Shown here in pieces: positions 27,188-36,266 of a DNA stretch of 64,000 nt. Origin of the DNA: Oscillospiraceae bacterium (GTDB taxonomy: Bacteria > Bacillota > Clostridia > Oscillospirales > CAG-272). Every line of letters starts with the position of its first letter. Position 1 is the stretch's first letter. The translations under genes and the position numbers were made by a program. Below the pieces are notes generated by a model, which saw nothing but the letters and a program-made list of their open reading frames with translations, searched no databases and was not told the DNA's origin. The stretch is taken from assembly GCA_015064745.1 (NCBI GenBank), contig SVRR01000002.1, positions 74,454 through 138,453 on the forward strand, given 5' to 3'.

Positions 27188-27225
27188 TACAAAAGTATTG
27201 TACCAAAAGAAGCTTAAAAAGTCAA
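27188..27225 (-). promoter_or_regulatory. sigma-A type promoter for uxaC (TTGACT-17-TACAAT) with an overlapping palindrome
   Basis: Minus strand: TTGACT (27225-27220), 17-nt spacer, TACAAT (27202-27197). The palindrome TACAA-n5-TTGTA (27188-27202) overlaps the -10. Confidence 0.5.
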
Positions 27226-27252
27226 TATTCGGACGTAGATTTCAGACGGAAT

Positions 27253-28746
27253 TTAAGCCGTTTTTTTGCTTTCGCCGTGTTTTACGAAGAACATCGTCAT
27301 AAAGGCAAGCGCAAGGAAGACGGTCGCGTAGGGAAATAGGGTAGTCATGCCTGCCGTGTCCATAAGAAGACCGGAAAGAACGGGGGTTGCCGTTTGCGCC
27401 GCCATGGATGCGGTGTAATAAAAGCCAGTATATTTACCGACGTTTCCGCCCGACGCAAGCTCTACCACCATCGGGTAGGAGTTGACGCTGATGGTGGCCC
27501 AGCCGATGCCCGCCAGCGCGAAGAGAAGGTTCATGACGAGAGCGGAGCTTCCCGCGCGCAGGAAGGATGCGGCGAGAAAAGCGGTGCCAAGCATCAAAAT
27601 GCCGGCGAGAATGGTCTTTTTTCTGCCAAAGCGAGAGGAAACGAAGCCGATGGGAACGTAGGAGACGATGGCAGCGGCTTGCGCGATGATGAGTGTGGCA
27701 TTATAGTCGAGATTCAAAACGCTGCTTGCATAAACGGAATATTTGCTCGTTACGGCGTTGTAGCCCATAAACCATAAAACGACCGAAGCGAGAATGAGCA
27801 AAAGGGATACGAGCTTATCGCGCGAGAGCTTACCCACTTCGCCGCTTTCCGTTTCCTCCTCTTCTTCCTCGGTGATGCCGTGACGAAGGCTTTCCTCCTT
27901 CATTTCGAGCACGAGCTTCGGTTCCTTGACCTTCCAAAGAAATACCAAAAGCGATACCACCATGATGGCGGAAACGATACCGAAGAAGGTGGTGTAGGAC
28001 ATGAGGGCGTTTGAAGTTTTGCCCGTGCCAAAGATAATGCCAAGACCCAAAACGAGAATGCCGCCGACGGCGCCCATCAGATTGATGATGGCGTTCGCTT
28101 TGCTGCGGAGCGGGCGCGGTGTGACGTCGGGCATGAGCGCGACAGCGGGCGAACGGAAGGTGCCCATCGCGATGAGGGTGAAGAATAGGATCACGGCAAA
28201 CAGAATGAAGGGCGCGGGAGATGCCGTTGTTTTACTGAGGGCGTACGCTTGTCTGACGGGTACGACGTAGGCGTTGTAATTTCCTGTGTTATCGTCGGAG
28301 CGAATGGCGGTAAATTCTTCTTTCGTGAAAAGCTCCGTTACGCGCTTGCCTTCAAAGTCGATGTCAAGGCTGTCCGCTTCATCGTAAAGCACCGAGAGGG
28401 CTTCGGGGTCGTCGACCCTTTCAACCGCCTCCACATTCTTTAATTGCGCGTTGTCCGCAAAGGAAAGCGTTACGAGCAGGATCGCGGCGATGAGCGTGCC
28501 GATGACGATAAAGGGAGTGCGCTTGCCGCGCTTTCCCTTGTGACGGTCGGACAATGCCCCGAAGAAGGGAAGCAGGAAAAGAGCCAGCACGTTGTCAAGT
28601 GCCATCACGATGCCCGAAACGGTTTGCGGCATACCGAATTTATCGGTTAAGATCTTCGGAATTAGGGTGTCGTATGCCTGCCAGAAGGTGCAAATGAGAA
28701 AGAAGGCAAAGCCGACGAAAATTGTTTTCTTATAATTTAGCTTCAT
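27253..28746 (-). CDS. MFS transporter (sugar or glycoside type, 12 TM with a large central loop)
   Basis: MKLNYKKTIFVGFAFFL...LSDRHKGKRGKRTPF (MFS loop 2-3 motif). ATG 28746 has an AAGGA RBS. The tracked GTG at 28764 has no RBS. Confidence 0.85.
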   Translation of the reverse strand: MKLNYKKTIFVGFAFFLICTFWQAYDTLIPKILTDKFGMPQTVSGIVMALDNVLALFLLPFFGALSDRHKGKRGKRTPFIVIGTLIAAILLVTLSFADNAQLKNVEAVERVDDPEALSVLYDEADSLDIDFEGKRVTELFTKEEFTAIRSDDNTGNYNAYVVPVRQAYALSKTTASPAPFILFAVILFFTLIAMGTFRSPAVALMPDVTPRPLRSKANAIINLMGAVGGILVLGLGIIFGTGKTSNALMSYTTFFGIVSAIMVVSLLVFLWKVKEPKLVLEMKEESLRHGITEEEEEETESGEVGKLSRDKLVSLLLILASVVLWFMGYNAVTSKYSVYASSVLNLDYNATLIIAQAAAIVSYVPIGFVSSRFGRKKTILAGILMLGTAFLAASFLRAGSSALVMNLLFALAGIGWATISVNSYPMVVELASGGNVGKYTGFYYTASMAAQTATPVLSGLLMDTAGMTTLFPYATVFLALAFMTMFFVKHGESKKTA

Positions 28747-28784
28747 AAACGCATCCTTTTCCACCTCGAAAGAGGTACGTGATA

Positions 28785-30599
28785 TTAATTAGTTTTACCG
28801 ATACCGACGATACTATCCTTGCGCTTGTCGTCCTCGGAAAGCTCGTCAAAGGGGATCAGATTGTGGTGCATTTTGGCAAGATCGTCACGGCTCGACGCAT
28901 CCTTGTCGCCGCTGTATACGTAGCCCTCGGAGCGCATATAAGCGTTCCAGCGTCTGTGCTCAATGTTTTCAAGAAGGGCTCTGTCCTCTTCGCTCATCGC
29001 CTCGGAATCGTCAAAGTCGGCGACGCTCAGTTGGTGGCGCAGATGACGGTGGAGCGCGGATGCCATAGAGGAGCGATAGTTATACTCAAAACGGTAAAAA
29101 TCCTCCTCTGAGCTCCCATAGCTTTTGTGCGTGGCGAGTGCCGCTTCCTCCAGGTCTTGACGGAGAATGACGCGTTCCGAGTACATCTCTTCGCGCGCGC
29201 CGACGAACTCGATCCCATAGGGCTTGCCGCGCCAGTTGCTCGCTTGGTTCAAGATCGCTTGGCTTTTGCTATCGTAAACGATTGCTTGAATGATGGGATC
29301 AGGCATATGCCTTTGACGAAAATACTGCCTCAAATAAACGGCGGTACGCACGTTTCTCGCGTCTTCACCGAGGGAAACGAAAACGTAGGTGGGGGCGGCG
29401 ATCTCATCCAAGACATGGGTGAAGCGCGCGTCGTCCACCGAAACGCCGTCGTGGAAAACGATCTTGTACTGCGCCTCTCCCTTCACGTATACGCCGTTGT
29501 TGCGCTCCGACATCAAATCGGGGGCTTGTCTTGTGAAGCGGTCGCTTGCGTTTTTATCCAAATCAAAGGCGTGAATCTCGATAAGGTAGCCATCCATCTG
29601 ACAAAACCAGGTGAGCGCTTTCAGCATTTCGCTTCCGTGACCGCCCGTGCCGACGACGAAGGCGTTGATGTGCTTTTCACCGCTTTCGGAGGGAATCGCG
29701 TTTTGAAACAGCTTCTCACCCGTGTCGTAGAGATTGCGAAGCACGAGCGCGCGAATGTCGTCCACACGGCGCAAGCGAATCTTCGTTTCGGGAAGATTGC
29801 TGAGCAAAAGCTCTCCCTCTACGTCGATCGAAAAAACGTAAAGAAAAACGTTTTCTCTTTTCGCGTATGGGCCGTCGGGCTTTGAAAGGGTAAATGCTTG
29901 CTTGACGTTTTCGGACTCGTCTTCGCCAATGGCGAAGAAATAAAGCTTGCTGGATTTTGAGAAGAAGCCAAGGTTTAACGTGGCGATATCCTTTTGAAAG
30001 CAGATGGCGCCCAGCTCTCTCGCGCGCTCACACAGCTCGTAGCTCTCCTCATTATCTTCCCCGAAAACATCGGTAAAAATAAGAACGGCATTTTTGTGCG
30101 AGTTCGAAATATCTGTCGCGAGCGCAAGCGATTTTTCGCTAAGCTCGGAAAATGCGTAGACATCGGACGAACGGCGCGTAAAGCATTTAACGTAAGAAAC
30201 GAAATTGCGAAAAAAGGAAAGGATAACACCGGCGGTCATAATGGGGGCGAGAATAAAGTAAACGGTGCCAAGCACGGCGTACGCGACTACGCCCGTAGCG
30301 ATGGCGGAGGAAAATATTTCCTCAAAGCCGGTATCTATAACGAAAAGACGGATGGTGTGGTGTGCGGATACCCAAAAGGTTTCCCAAATGCGAGCGAACA
30401 TCGGTTGGAGGCTGAATTCCGCGTAATAGTGGGGGAAAAAGAGCACCCAACCCGCAAAGAAAATACCCACGGCAAGCACGCGGGAGGGCGTGATCAGACG
30501 CGAGCTTCGGTAGGGCTTTCTTGCCGTATAAACAGCAAAGATCATCGCTAAAACAAAAATAACGGCGGAGAGCACGGTTGCTATCATAAAATTTGTCAT
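28785..30599 (-). CDS. membrane protein with a central Rossmann-like domain and a C-terminal RyR-like domain
   Basis: 4-5 N-terminal TM helices, a GxGxxG-like VVGTGGHGSEMLKAL, and a C-terminus (IEHRRWNAYMRSEGYVYS...LAKMHHNLIPFDELSEDDKRKD) matching the bacterial RyR-domain pattern as I recall it. Confidence 0.75.
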   Translation of the reverse strand: MTNFMIATVLSAVIFVLAMIFAVYTARKPYRSSRLITPSRVLAVGIFFAGWVLFFPHYYAEFSLQPMFARIWETFWVSAHHTIRLFVIDTGFEEIFSSAIATGVVAYAVLGTVYFILAPIMTAGVILSFFRNFVSYVKCFTRRSSDVYAFSELSEKSLALATDISNSHKNAVLIFTDVFGEDNEESYELCERARELGAICFQKDIATLNLGFFSKSSKLYFFAIGEDESENVKQAFTLSKPDGPYAKRENVFLYVFSIDVEGELLLSNLPETKIRLRRVDDIRALVLRNLYDTGEKLFQNAIPSESGEKHINAFVVGTGGHGSEMLKALTWFCQMDGYLIEIHAFDLDKNASDRFTRQAPDLMSERNNGVYVKGEAQYKIVFHDGVSVDDARFTHVLDEIAAPTYVFVSLGEDARNVRTAVYLRQYFRQRHMPDPIIQAIVYDSKSQAILNQASNWRGKPYGIEFVGAREEMYSERVILRQDLEEAALATHKSYGSSEEDFYRFEYNYRSSMASALHRHLRHQLSVADFDDSEAMSEEDRALLENIEHRRWNAYMRSEGYVYSGDKDASSRDDLAKMHHNLIPFDELSEDDKRKDSIVGIGKTN

Positions 30600-30640
30600 T
30601 TTTTAATGCCGCAAGGCGTTCCTTCCTTATACTTAATACT

Positions 30641-30669
30641 ATTTTACCCTTAAAAAGGAGTCTTGTCAA
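30641..30669 (-). promoter_or_regulatory. sigma-A type promoter (TTGACA-17-TAAAAT)
   Basis: Minus strand: TTGACA (30669-30664), 17-nt spacer, TAAAAT (30646-30641), upstream of the RyR-like membrane protein gene. Confidence 0.5.
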
Positions 30670-30816
30670 GAGAAAACGAAAAACTCTGACTTTGTTTCTT
30701 TGTTTTTTGTGTTTTGGTCGGCAACTGTAAAAAAAGGAAGCGCATAGACTGTTATAAAACGGTCTTCGCGGCGCACATTAAGTACAGTATGAAAACAAGG
30801 GTGAAAAGAGGAAATT

Positions 30817-31992
30817 ATGGGCAAGAAAATCGCACGGATAACCGTATTTTGTCTTTGGAGTATGCTTCTCGTATGTCTTCTTTGCGCAGGACTTTACAAT
30901 TATGCTTTACCCGAAACGATCACGGTGGCAAGTGGGGAGGATATCCCCTCCTACCCGTGCGTTTCGCTGGTTGCTGATGAGGATGAAAACAGTGCATCGG
31001 GCGTCTCATTTATGGATGCGAGGCTTTTCGGTGTCATTTCGCTGAAAAAAATCGAGGTAAAAAACTACGAGGGACTTTCACTCATTCCGTCCGGCAGAAC
31101 CTTTGGTGTCAGGCTCTTCGGCGAAGGGGTTTGCGTCGTTGGCGTGGCGGAGGTAACGAGTGGCGGCAAGAGCGTATCGCCCGCAACGCTTGCGGGGCTT
31201 GCGACGAAGGACCTCATTTTGAGCGTGAACGATTCTCCCGTAAAAACGGTTACCGACCTAAAAACAGCGGTGGAAAACAGCATGGGTGCGCCGCTTTCGA
31301 TCCGTTACCGCCGCGGGGATAGCGAGAAAAACACCGTTTTAACACCCGTTTTCGATGAAACAGACGGCAAATACAAAATGGGTATGTGGGTCAAGGACAG
31401 CGCTACCGGCATCGGTACGGTCAGCTTTATCAACCCCGAAACGGGTGAGTTCGGCGCCCTCGGACACGGTGTCTGTGATGCGGAAAGCGGCACTCTCCTT
31501 CCGCTGAAAAAGGGTGTGGTGACGGATGCCGTTGTGACCGATATCGTGGCGGGCTGCAAGGGCAAGCCCGGTGAGGTGAAGGGATATCTCAAAACGGGGA
31601 AAACAGGTGTTTTGCTCAAAAACAGCGAGTGCGGCGTCTTCGGCGTGTTCACTGCCGTTCCGAAGGAGGAAGCTCTCCCTATCGCACCATCTTCATCGGT
31701 CAAAACGGGAAAAGCGACGCTTCGCACCATGCTTGACGGAGAGTGCCCCGTGGACTACGAGATCGAAATTACCGAGGTGCATGGCAAAAGCCCCAACAAA
31801 TCCTTTACCGTCCGCGTCACCGATCCTCGTCTGCTTTCCAAAACGGGCGGCATCATTCAAGGCATGTCGGGCAGCCCCATCATCCAAAACGGCAAGCTGA
31901 TCGGCGCCGTCACCCACGTGATGATCAACGACCCCACCCACGGCTACGGCATTTTTATTGAGAATATGCTAAATCAAATGGATGCAAAATAA
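30817..31992 (+). CDS. spoIVB: SpoIVB peptidase (S55), stage IV sporulation signalling protease
   Basis: Signal anchor, PDZ-like region, and an S55 domain with GIGTVSFINPETGEFGALGH and the active-site serine GGIIQGMSGSPII. Confidence 0.9.
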   Translation: MGKKIARITVFCLWSMLLVCLLCAGLYNYALPETITVASGEDIPSYPCVSLVADEDENSASGVSFMDARLFGVISLKKIEVKNYEGLSLIPSGRTFGVRLFGEGVCVVGVAEVTSGGKSVSPATLAGLATKDLILSVNDSPVKTVTDLKTAVENSMGAPLSIRYRRGDSEKNTVLTPVFDETDGKYKMGMWVKDSATGIGTVSFINPETGEFGALGHGVCDAESGTLLPLKKGVVTDAVVTDIVAGCKGKPGEVKGYLKTGKTGVLLKNSECGVFGVFTAVPKEEALPIAPSSSVKTGKATLRTMLDGECPVDYEIEITEVHGKSPNKSFTVRVTDPRLLSKTGGIIQGMSGSPIIQNGKLIGAVTHVMINDPTHGYGIFIENMLNQMDAK

Positions 31993-32044
31993 AAGCAAGG
32001 CAATACCACCCCTTATGGGCTGATATTGCCTCTTTCTTATGCCT

Positions 32045-32983
32045 TCATTTTCTCGTGATGAGACGGATAAATTCCTCCATGGCGCGCGTTTTATATTTGT
32101 GCTTCTTGTAGTAAAAATACACTTGACGCTCCGCGCTCTCCCCCGCAAGCTTATAATACGCGAGATTTTCGTGGGCAGGAAGCTTCTCGGCAACCGCGTC
32201 GCTCACGAAGGTCGCGCCGATTCCCGTAGACGCGACCATATAGGCGGTTGCCTGCTGATTGAGATCAAAGACGATTTTCGGACGAAATCCGGCATCGCGG
32301 CAAAGTCTGTCGCCGCGTAGGCGCGTGTCGTTTCCTTGCGTCAGCATCACGAAGGGAATATCCTTGAAAAGCGAGAGAGGGGCGGCGGGAAAATTCTTTT
32401 TGAGATATGCGCGGCTTTTCAAGGCTTTTTCTGAAATTTGATAAGCTTCCGTTGCTTTGCATACGTCAAAGCCCCTCGGTACGGCAAGCAAAATATGCTC
32501 TACACCGTAAAGCTCCTTGGCGTACAGTGCGGCATCGTAGCGGTTGTTGTCTATCACGAGATCAAGCTCGTTTGCGCTCAGCATTTGCTCCAAGCCCTCG
32601 GTGTTTCCCTCCGTCAAGCGAATGTTAACGTTGGGAAAAGCACTTCTAAACGCGGTAATGATAGGCGGGAGCGCGCACGCCGCAAAAACGTTGCTCGCGC
32701 CAATGGAAAGCTGTCCGGTCTTTAAGGAATGAAGGTCGCCTAAATAATTTTTCACCTGCGCCTCCAGCTTCATTTGCTCTTCCACAGCCTCTATATAGAA
32801 CTCGCCGAATTCGGTCAGCCGTAAAGGCGACGTACTGCGGTCGAAGATGGGAAGACCAAGCTCGTTTTCAAGCTTGATGATTTTTGCGCTGAGAGAAGGC
32901 TGACTGATGTGCAGATTATGCGCTGCCTTTGAAAAGCTTCGTTCCTTGTAGACCTCGTAAACATATTCGTTAAATCGAAACAT
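32045..32983 (-). CDS. LysR family transcriptional regulator
   Basis: HTH region FSKAAHNLHISQPSLSAKIIKLENELGLPIFDR plus a LysR substrate-binding domain. ATG 32983 is preferred for AAGGA spacing. Divergent from the aminotransferase gene. Confidence 0.88.
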   Translation of the reverse strand: MFRFNEYVYEVYKERSFSKAAHNLHISQPSLSAKIIKLENELGLPIFDRSTSPLRLTEFGEFYIEAVEEQMKLEAQVKNYLGDLHSLKTGQLSIGASNVFAACALPPIITAFRSAFPNVNIRLTEGNTEGLEQMLSANELDLVIDNNRYDAALYAKELYGVEHILLAVPRGFDVCKATEAYQISEKALKSRAYLKKNFPAAPLSLFKDIPFVMLTQGNDTRLRGDRLCRDAGFRPKIVFDLNQQATAYMVASTGIGATFVSDAVAEKLPAHENLAYYKLAGESAERQVYFYYKKHKYKTRAMEEFIRLITRK

Positions 32984-33036
32984 TATGGGCATTCCTTATG
33001 CCTTTTTTGCTATAACTATTATACAATTATATGTAT

Positions 33037-33065
33037 TTGACTATATTATAACGCTTGTGTATAAT
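33037..33065 (+). promoter_or_regulatory. sigma-A type promoter (TTGACT-17-TATAAT) for the aminotransferase gene
   Basis: TTGACT at 33037-33042, 17-nt spacer, TATAAT at 33060-33065, within the AT-rich LysR-divergent region. Confidence 0.55.
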
Positions 33066-33097
33066 GTTGTCAAGAGAATTGAAAGGAATTTTTTGAT

Positions 33098-34315
33098 ATG
33101 AATACTGTGAAAACATCCCTCCGCATGGAGGAGGTCCATTCCGATATCCGCGGTCCGCTTTTCTTTGAGGCAATGGAGCTGCAAAAGCAGGGCAGGGATA
33201 TTTTGCGGTTAAATACGGGAAATCCCGCCACGTTTGGCTTCACTATGCCCAAAAGTGTCAAGGATGCTCTCGCCGCAGGCACGGAGCGCGCCCTCGGTTA
33301 TTGTGACTTTAAGGGAATGCCCGACGCGCGCGAGGCGATCTGCGCCTATCACGAAAGCAAAGGAATACAGGGCATCACCCCCGATGACGTTTTTATCGGA
33401 AACGGCGTCAGCGAGGTCGTCTCCTTTGCCTTAACACCGCTTTTGAACGAGGGTGACGAGGTGCTTTTGCCTACGCCTTGTTATTCTCTGTGGAGCAACA
33501 GCGTACGCATAGCGGGCGGTACTCCCGTTTTTTATACCTGTGACGAGATGGCAAATTGGATGCCCGACCTTGCGGATATCCAAAGAAAGATCACCGCGAA
33601 AACGCGCGCGATCGTCCTTATCAACCCCAACAATCCGACGGGTGCGCTTTACGCCAAGGATCTGTTAGAGGGCATCGCTCGCTTGGCAAGAGAGCATCGT
33701 CTGCTCGTCTTTTCGGATGAGATCTACGACCGTCTTGTCCTTGACGGTCTTACGCACACCTCCATCGCCGCCTTGGCACCCGATATTCCCGTCATAACCA
33801 TGAACGGTCTTTCCAAGTCGCACTCTCTTTGCGGACTTCGCGCGGGCTGGATGGTCATCAGCGGTCCTCGCGCTGTGACGGCGGCGTACAGAGAAGCGAT
33901 CATCGCCGTGACCTCTATGCGCCTTTGCGCCAATACCATGGCACAGCTTACCATTCCCGCGGCACTTGCGGATGAAGAAACGCCCCGCGCCATGGTTTCC
34001 CCCGGGGGACGCATTTACGAGCAAAGGGAAGCGACCGTCTCGGTGCTTTCGCGCGTCGATGGGCTCACCTTTGTGAAGAACCGTGCCGCGTTTTATCTCT
34101 TTCCCCGCCTGGACAGAGAAAAATTCGGCGTGACCGATGACCGTCGCTTTGCGCGCGATCTTTTGCACACAACGGGAATTTTGCTCGTTCCGGGCAGCGG
34201 CTTTGAGTACCCTCACCCCGATCATTTCCGCATTGTGATGCTTCCCGAAAAGGAGATCTTGGCCGACGCCATGCACCGTCTCGGACATTTTCTCGACGGA
34301 TATTATCAGCGATAA
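33098..34315 (+). CDS. pyridoxal-phosphate-dependent aminotransferase (class I/II, AlaA-like)
   Basis: LRLNTGNP, NPNNPTG and the PLP-lysine context SKSHSLCGLRAGW. 405 aa. Confidence 0.9.
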   Translation: MNTVKTSLRMEEVHSDIRGPLFFEAMELQKQGRDILRLNTGNPATFGFTMPKSVKDALAAGTERALGYCDFKGMPDAREAICAYHESKGIQGITPDDVFIGNGVSEVVSFALTPLLNEGDEVLLPTPCYSLWSNSVRIAGGTPVFYTCDEMANWMPDLADIQRKITAKTRAIVLINPNNPTGALYAKDLLEGIARLAREHRLLVFSDEIYDRLVLDGLTHTSIAALAPDIPVITMNGLSKSHSLCGLRAGWMVISGPRAVTAAYREAIIAVTSMRLCANTMAQLTIPAALADEETPRAMVSPGGRIYEQREATVSVLSRVDGLTFVKNRAAFYLFPRLDREKFGVTDDRRFARDLLHTTGILLVPGSGFEYPHPDHFRIVMLPEKEILADAMHRLGHFLDGYYQR

Positions 34316-34406
34316 AAAAAGCAGATTTCGTGTACTTTTTTCTGGCATACGGCTTTACAAAACCGCCCCATTGTGCTATACTGAAAGAAAAACGGTGGAG
34401 CGTGCT

Positions 34407-35528
34407 ATGTTTACCAAGCTTGACGAAAAACTTGACTCCTTTTTGGCGCTTGGCATCCCGTGGAACGACTGCGTTGTCTACCATAAGGGAAAACGTGTTT
34501 ACAGACGCTGTCAAGGAACGCTGGATCTCGCCGGCACACGCCCCGCAACCGGTCGGGAGCTTATCAACCTTTATTCCTGCTCCAAGGTCATCACCTGCAC
34601 GGCGGCGCTGATGCTGTACGAGAAGGGGCTTTTTCGCTTAACCGACCCTCTGTACGATTATCTTCCCGAATACGCCGATATGACGGTGAGGGATGCGGAC
34701 GGCAAAACGCGCAAGGCGAAGAACCCTATTCGTATTCTTGACCTCTTTCGCATGACGGCGGGCTTTACCTACGACCTGCGTTCGCCCTCTCTCAACAAGC
34801 TTCGAAAAGAAACGAACGGACTTTCCCCGACACGGGAATTTGCAAGATACCACGCGCTTGAGCCGTTGAACTGTGAGCCCGGTGAGAAGTGGTGCTACAG
34901 CCTCGCACACGACGTGCTTGCCGCCGTCGTTGAGGTGATCTCGGACACCGAGTTTAACGAATTTTGCAAAAAGAGCATTTTTGATCCCACGGAAATGCCC
35001 AACACCACCTTTTTACTGCCGTATGCGGAATATGACGCGCTTGCTCCTCTTTACACCTACAACGACGAGGAAAAGAGGGCAGTCGAATGCGGCAAGATCC
35101 CCCTTTACCGCCTCGGCAAAGCACACGCCTCGGGCGGCGCGGGATGCGTCTCTACGGTGGACGACTTTATACGTTTTTTGGAAGCCCTTCGCACAGGCAA
35201 GCTTCTCACGGAGGCGACGCTCGATTTGATGACGACCGATACCTTGACCGACGCGCACCGTACCACGTATTCCTATGCCGGTGGCTATGGATACGGTCTC
35301 GGCGTGCGTTGCCCGAAGAAGGGCGATACGACGATCACCGATTTCGGGTGGGGTGGCGCGGCGGGTGCTTATTCGCTTATCGATCGCAAGCATGAGCTCA
35401 CGGTCTTCTATACACAGCACGTGCTTGCCTCTCCCGTGCAGGCGATCCGCGGCGAGCTGCGCCCCGTGGTCATGGATTGCTTTTTCCCGGACAGCGACAA
35501 GGCTGTCGTCGATCAATCGAAATTTTAA
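34407..35528 (+). CDS. serine hydrolase (beta-lactamase / PBP4-like family)
   Basis: S-x-x-K motif in LYSCSKVITCTAALML. Start at MFTKLDEK (ATG 34407, GGTGGAG RBS). A TTTACA-17-TATACT promoter lies at 34354-34382. Confidence 0.85.
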   Translation: MFTKLDEKLDSFLALGIPWNDCVVYHKGKRVYRRCQGTLDLAGTRPATGRELINLYSCSKVITCTAALMLYEKGLFRLTDPLYDYLPEYADMTVRDADGKTRKAKNPIRILDLFRMTAGFTYDLRSPSLNKLRKETNGLSPTREFARYHALEPLNCEPGEKWCYSLAHDVLAAVVEVISDTEFNEFCKKSIFDPTEMPNTTFLLPYAEYDALAPLYTYNDEEKRAVECGKIPLYRLGKAHASGGAGCVSTVDDFIRFLEALRTGKLLTEATLDLMTTDTLTDAHRTTYSYAGGYGYGLGVRCPKKGDTTITDFGWGGAAGAYSLIDRKHELTVFYTQHVLASPVQAIRGELRPVVMDCFFPDSDKAVVDQSKF

Positions 35529-35544
35529 AGAAAGCGACCTTGCT

Positions 35545-36255
35545 ATGAAAATTTCCTTTGCCCGTGGCGCTTGGCAAAACGAGGCGCTTGTCGCGGCAAA
35601 TTCCTACCGTTGGGAGGATGTGCCCGAATTTCATCAAGCCGAGGACTGCGTTTTCAACCAAACGACCGATAGAAACACCTTTGGCTTCGAAAATGTTTCC
35701 CTTATGGTAAAGACGCCCTTTACGGGCAATTACCGCGTTTCGACCGAATGTGCCTTTGAAAGCTTCGGTGCCCCCCTCATCGTCATCGCCCATGACCTTG
35801 CAAGGGATGCGCGAGGGCTTTACCGCTATCGCGAATATTACGAGGTCGTCATTTACGAGATGGGCATTAATGTCTGGCGATTGACGACCGATAAAAACGA
35901 TACCGTCACCTGGAAAAAGATGATGAACGTGGAATTTCCCGTCGCGGCTGGGGAAAAGCATACCCTCACCGTGGATATCAAGGATGACGTGCTTGAAATT
36001 GCGGCGGACGGTAAAAGAATGTCGGTCCGTCTCCCCGATCTCCCCAAGGAGTATTACCTCGGCATCGACGCCTGTGAGAATATCAACCGTTTTTACAGCT
36101 TCTCCATCTCGCCCTTAGAGGATCCGTCAAAGTCCGTCTTTCTTTGCTCTGTGTGCGGTCACCGACATACGGGTGACGCGCCGCCTGAGCACTGCCCCGA
36201 TTGCGGTGTAGGTCCCGAAAAATACTTTTGTGACTCTAAGCAAATCAATGAATAA
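35545..36255 (+). CDS. hypothetical protein with a C-terminal rubredoxin-type zinc ribbon
   Basis: Start at MKISFARG. A beta-rich domain of about 190 aa is followed by CSVCGHRHTGDAPPEHCPDCGV (CxxC-n14-CxxC). Confidence 0.65.
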   Translation: MKISFARGAWQNEALVAANSYRWEDVPEFHQAEDCVFNQTTDRNTFGFENVSLMVKTPFTGNYRVSTECAFESFGAPLIVIAHDLARDARGLYRYREYYEVVIYEMGINVWRLTTDKNDTVTWKKMMNVEFPVAAGEKHTLTVDIKDDVLEIAADGKRMSVRLPDLPKEYYLGIDACENINRFYSFSISPLEDPSKSVFLCSVCGHRHTGDAPPEHCPDCGVGPEKYFCDSKQINE

Positions 36256-36266
36256 GGAGAAAAATC

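Noticed and set aside
30700-30816. A forespore sigma-F/sigma-G type promoter upstream of spoIVB.
   Set aside because: I found only loose matches (GCATA, GTTATA, CACATTA) with wrong spacing. This is not supportable by eye.
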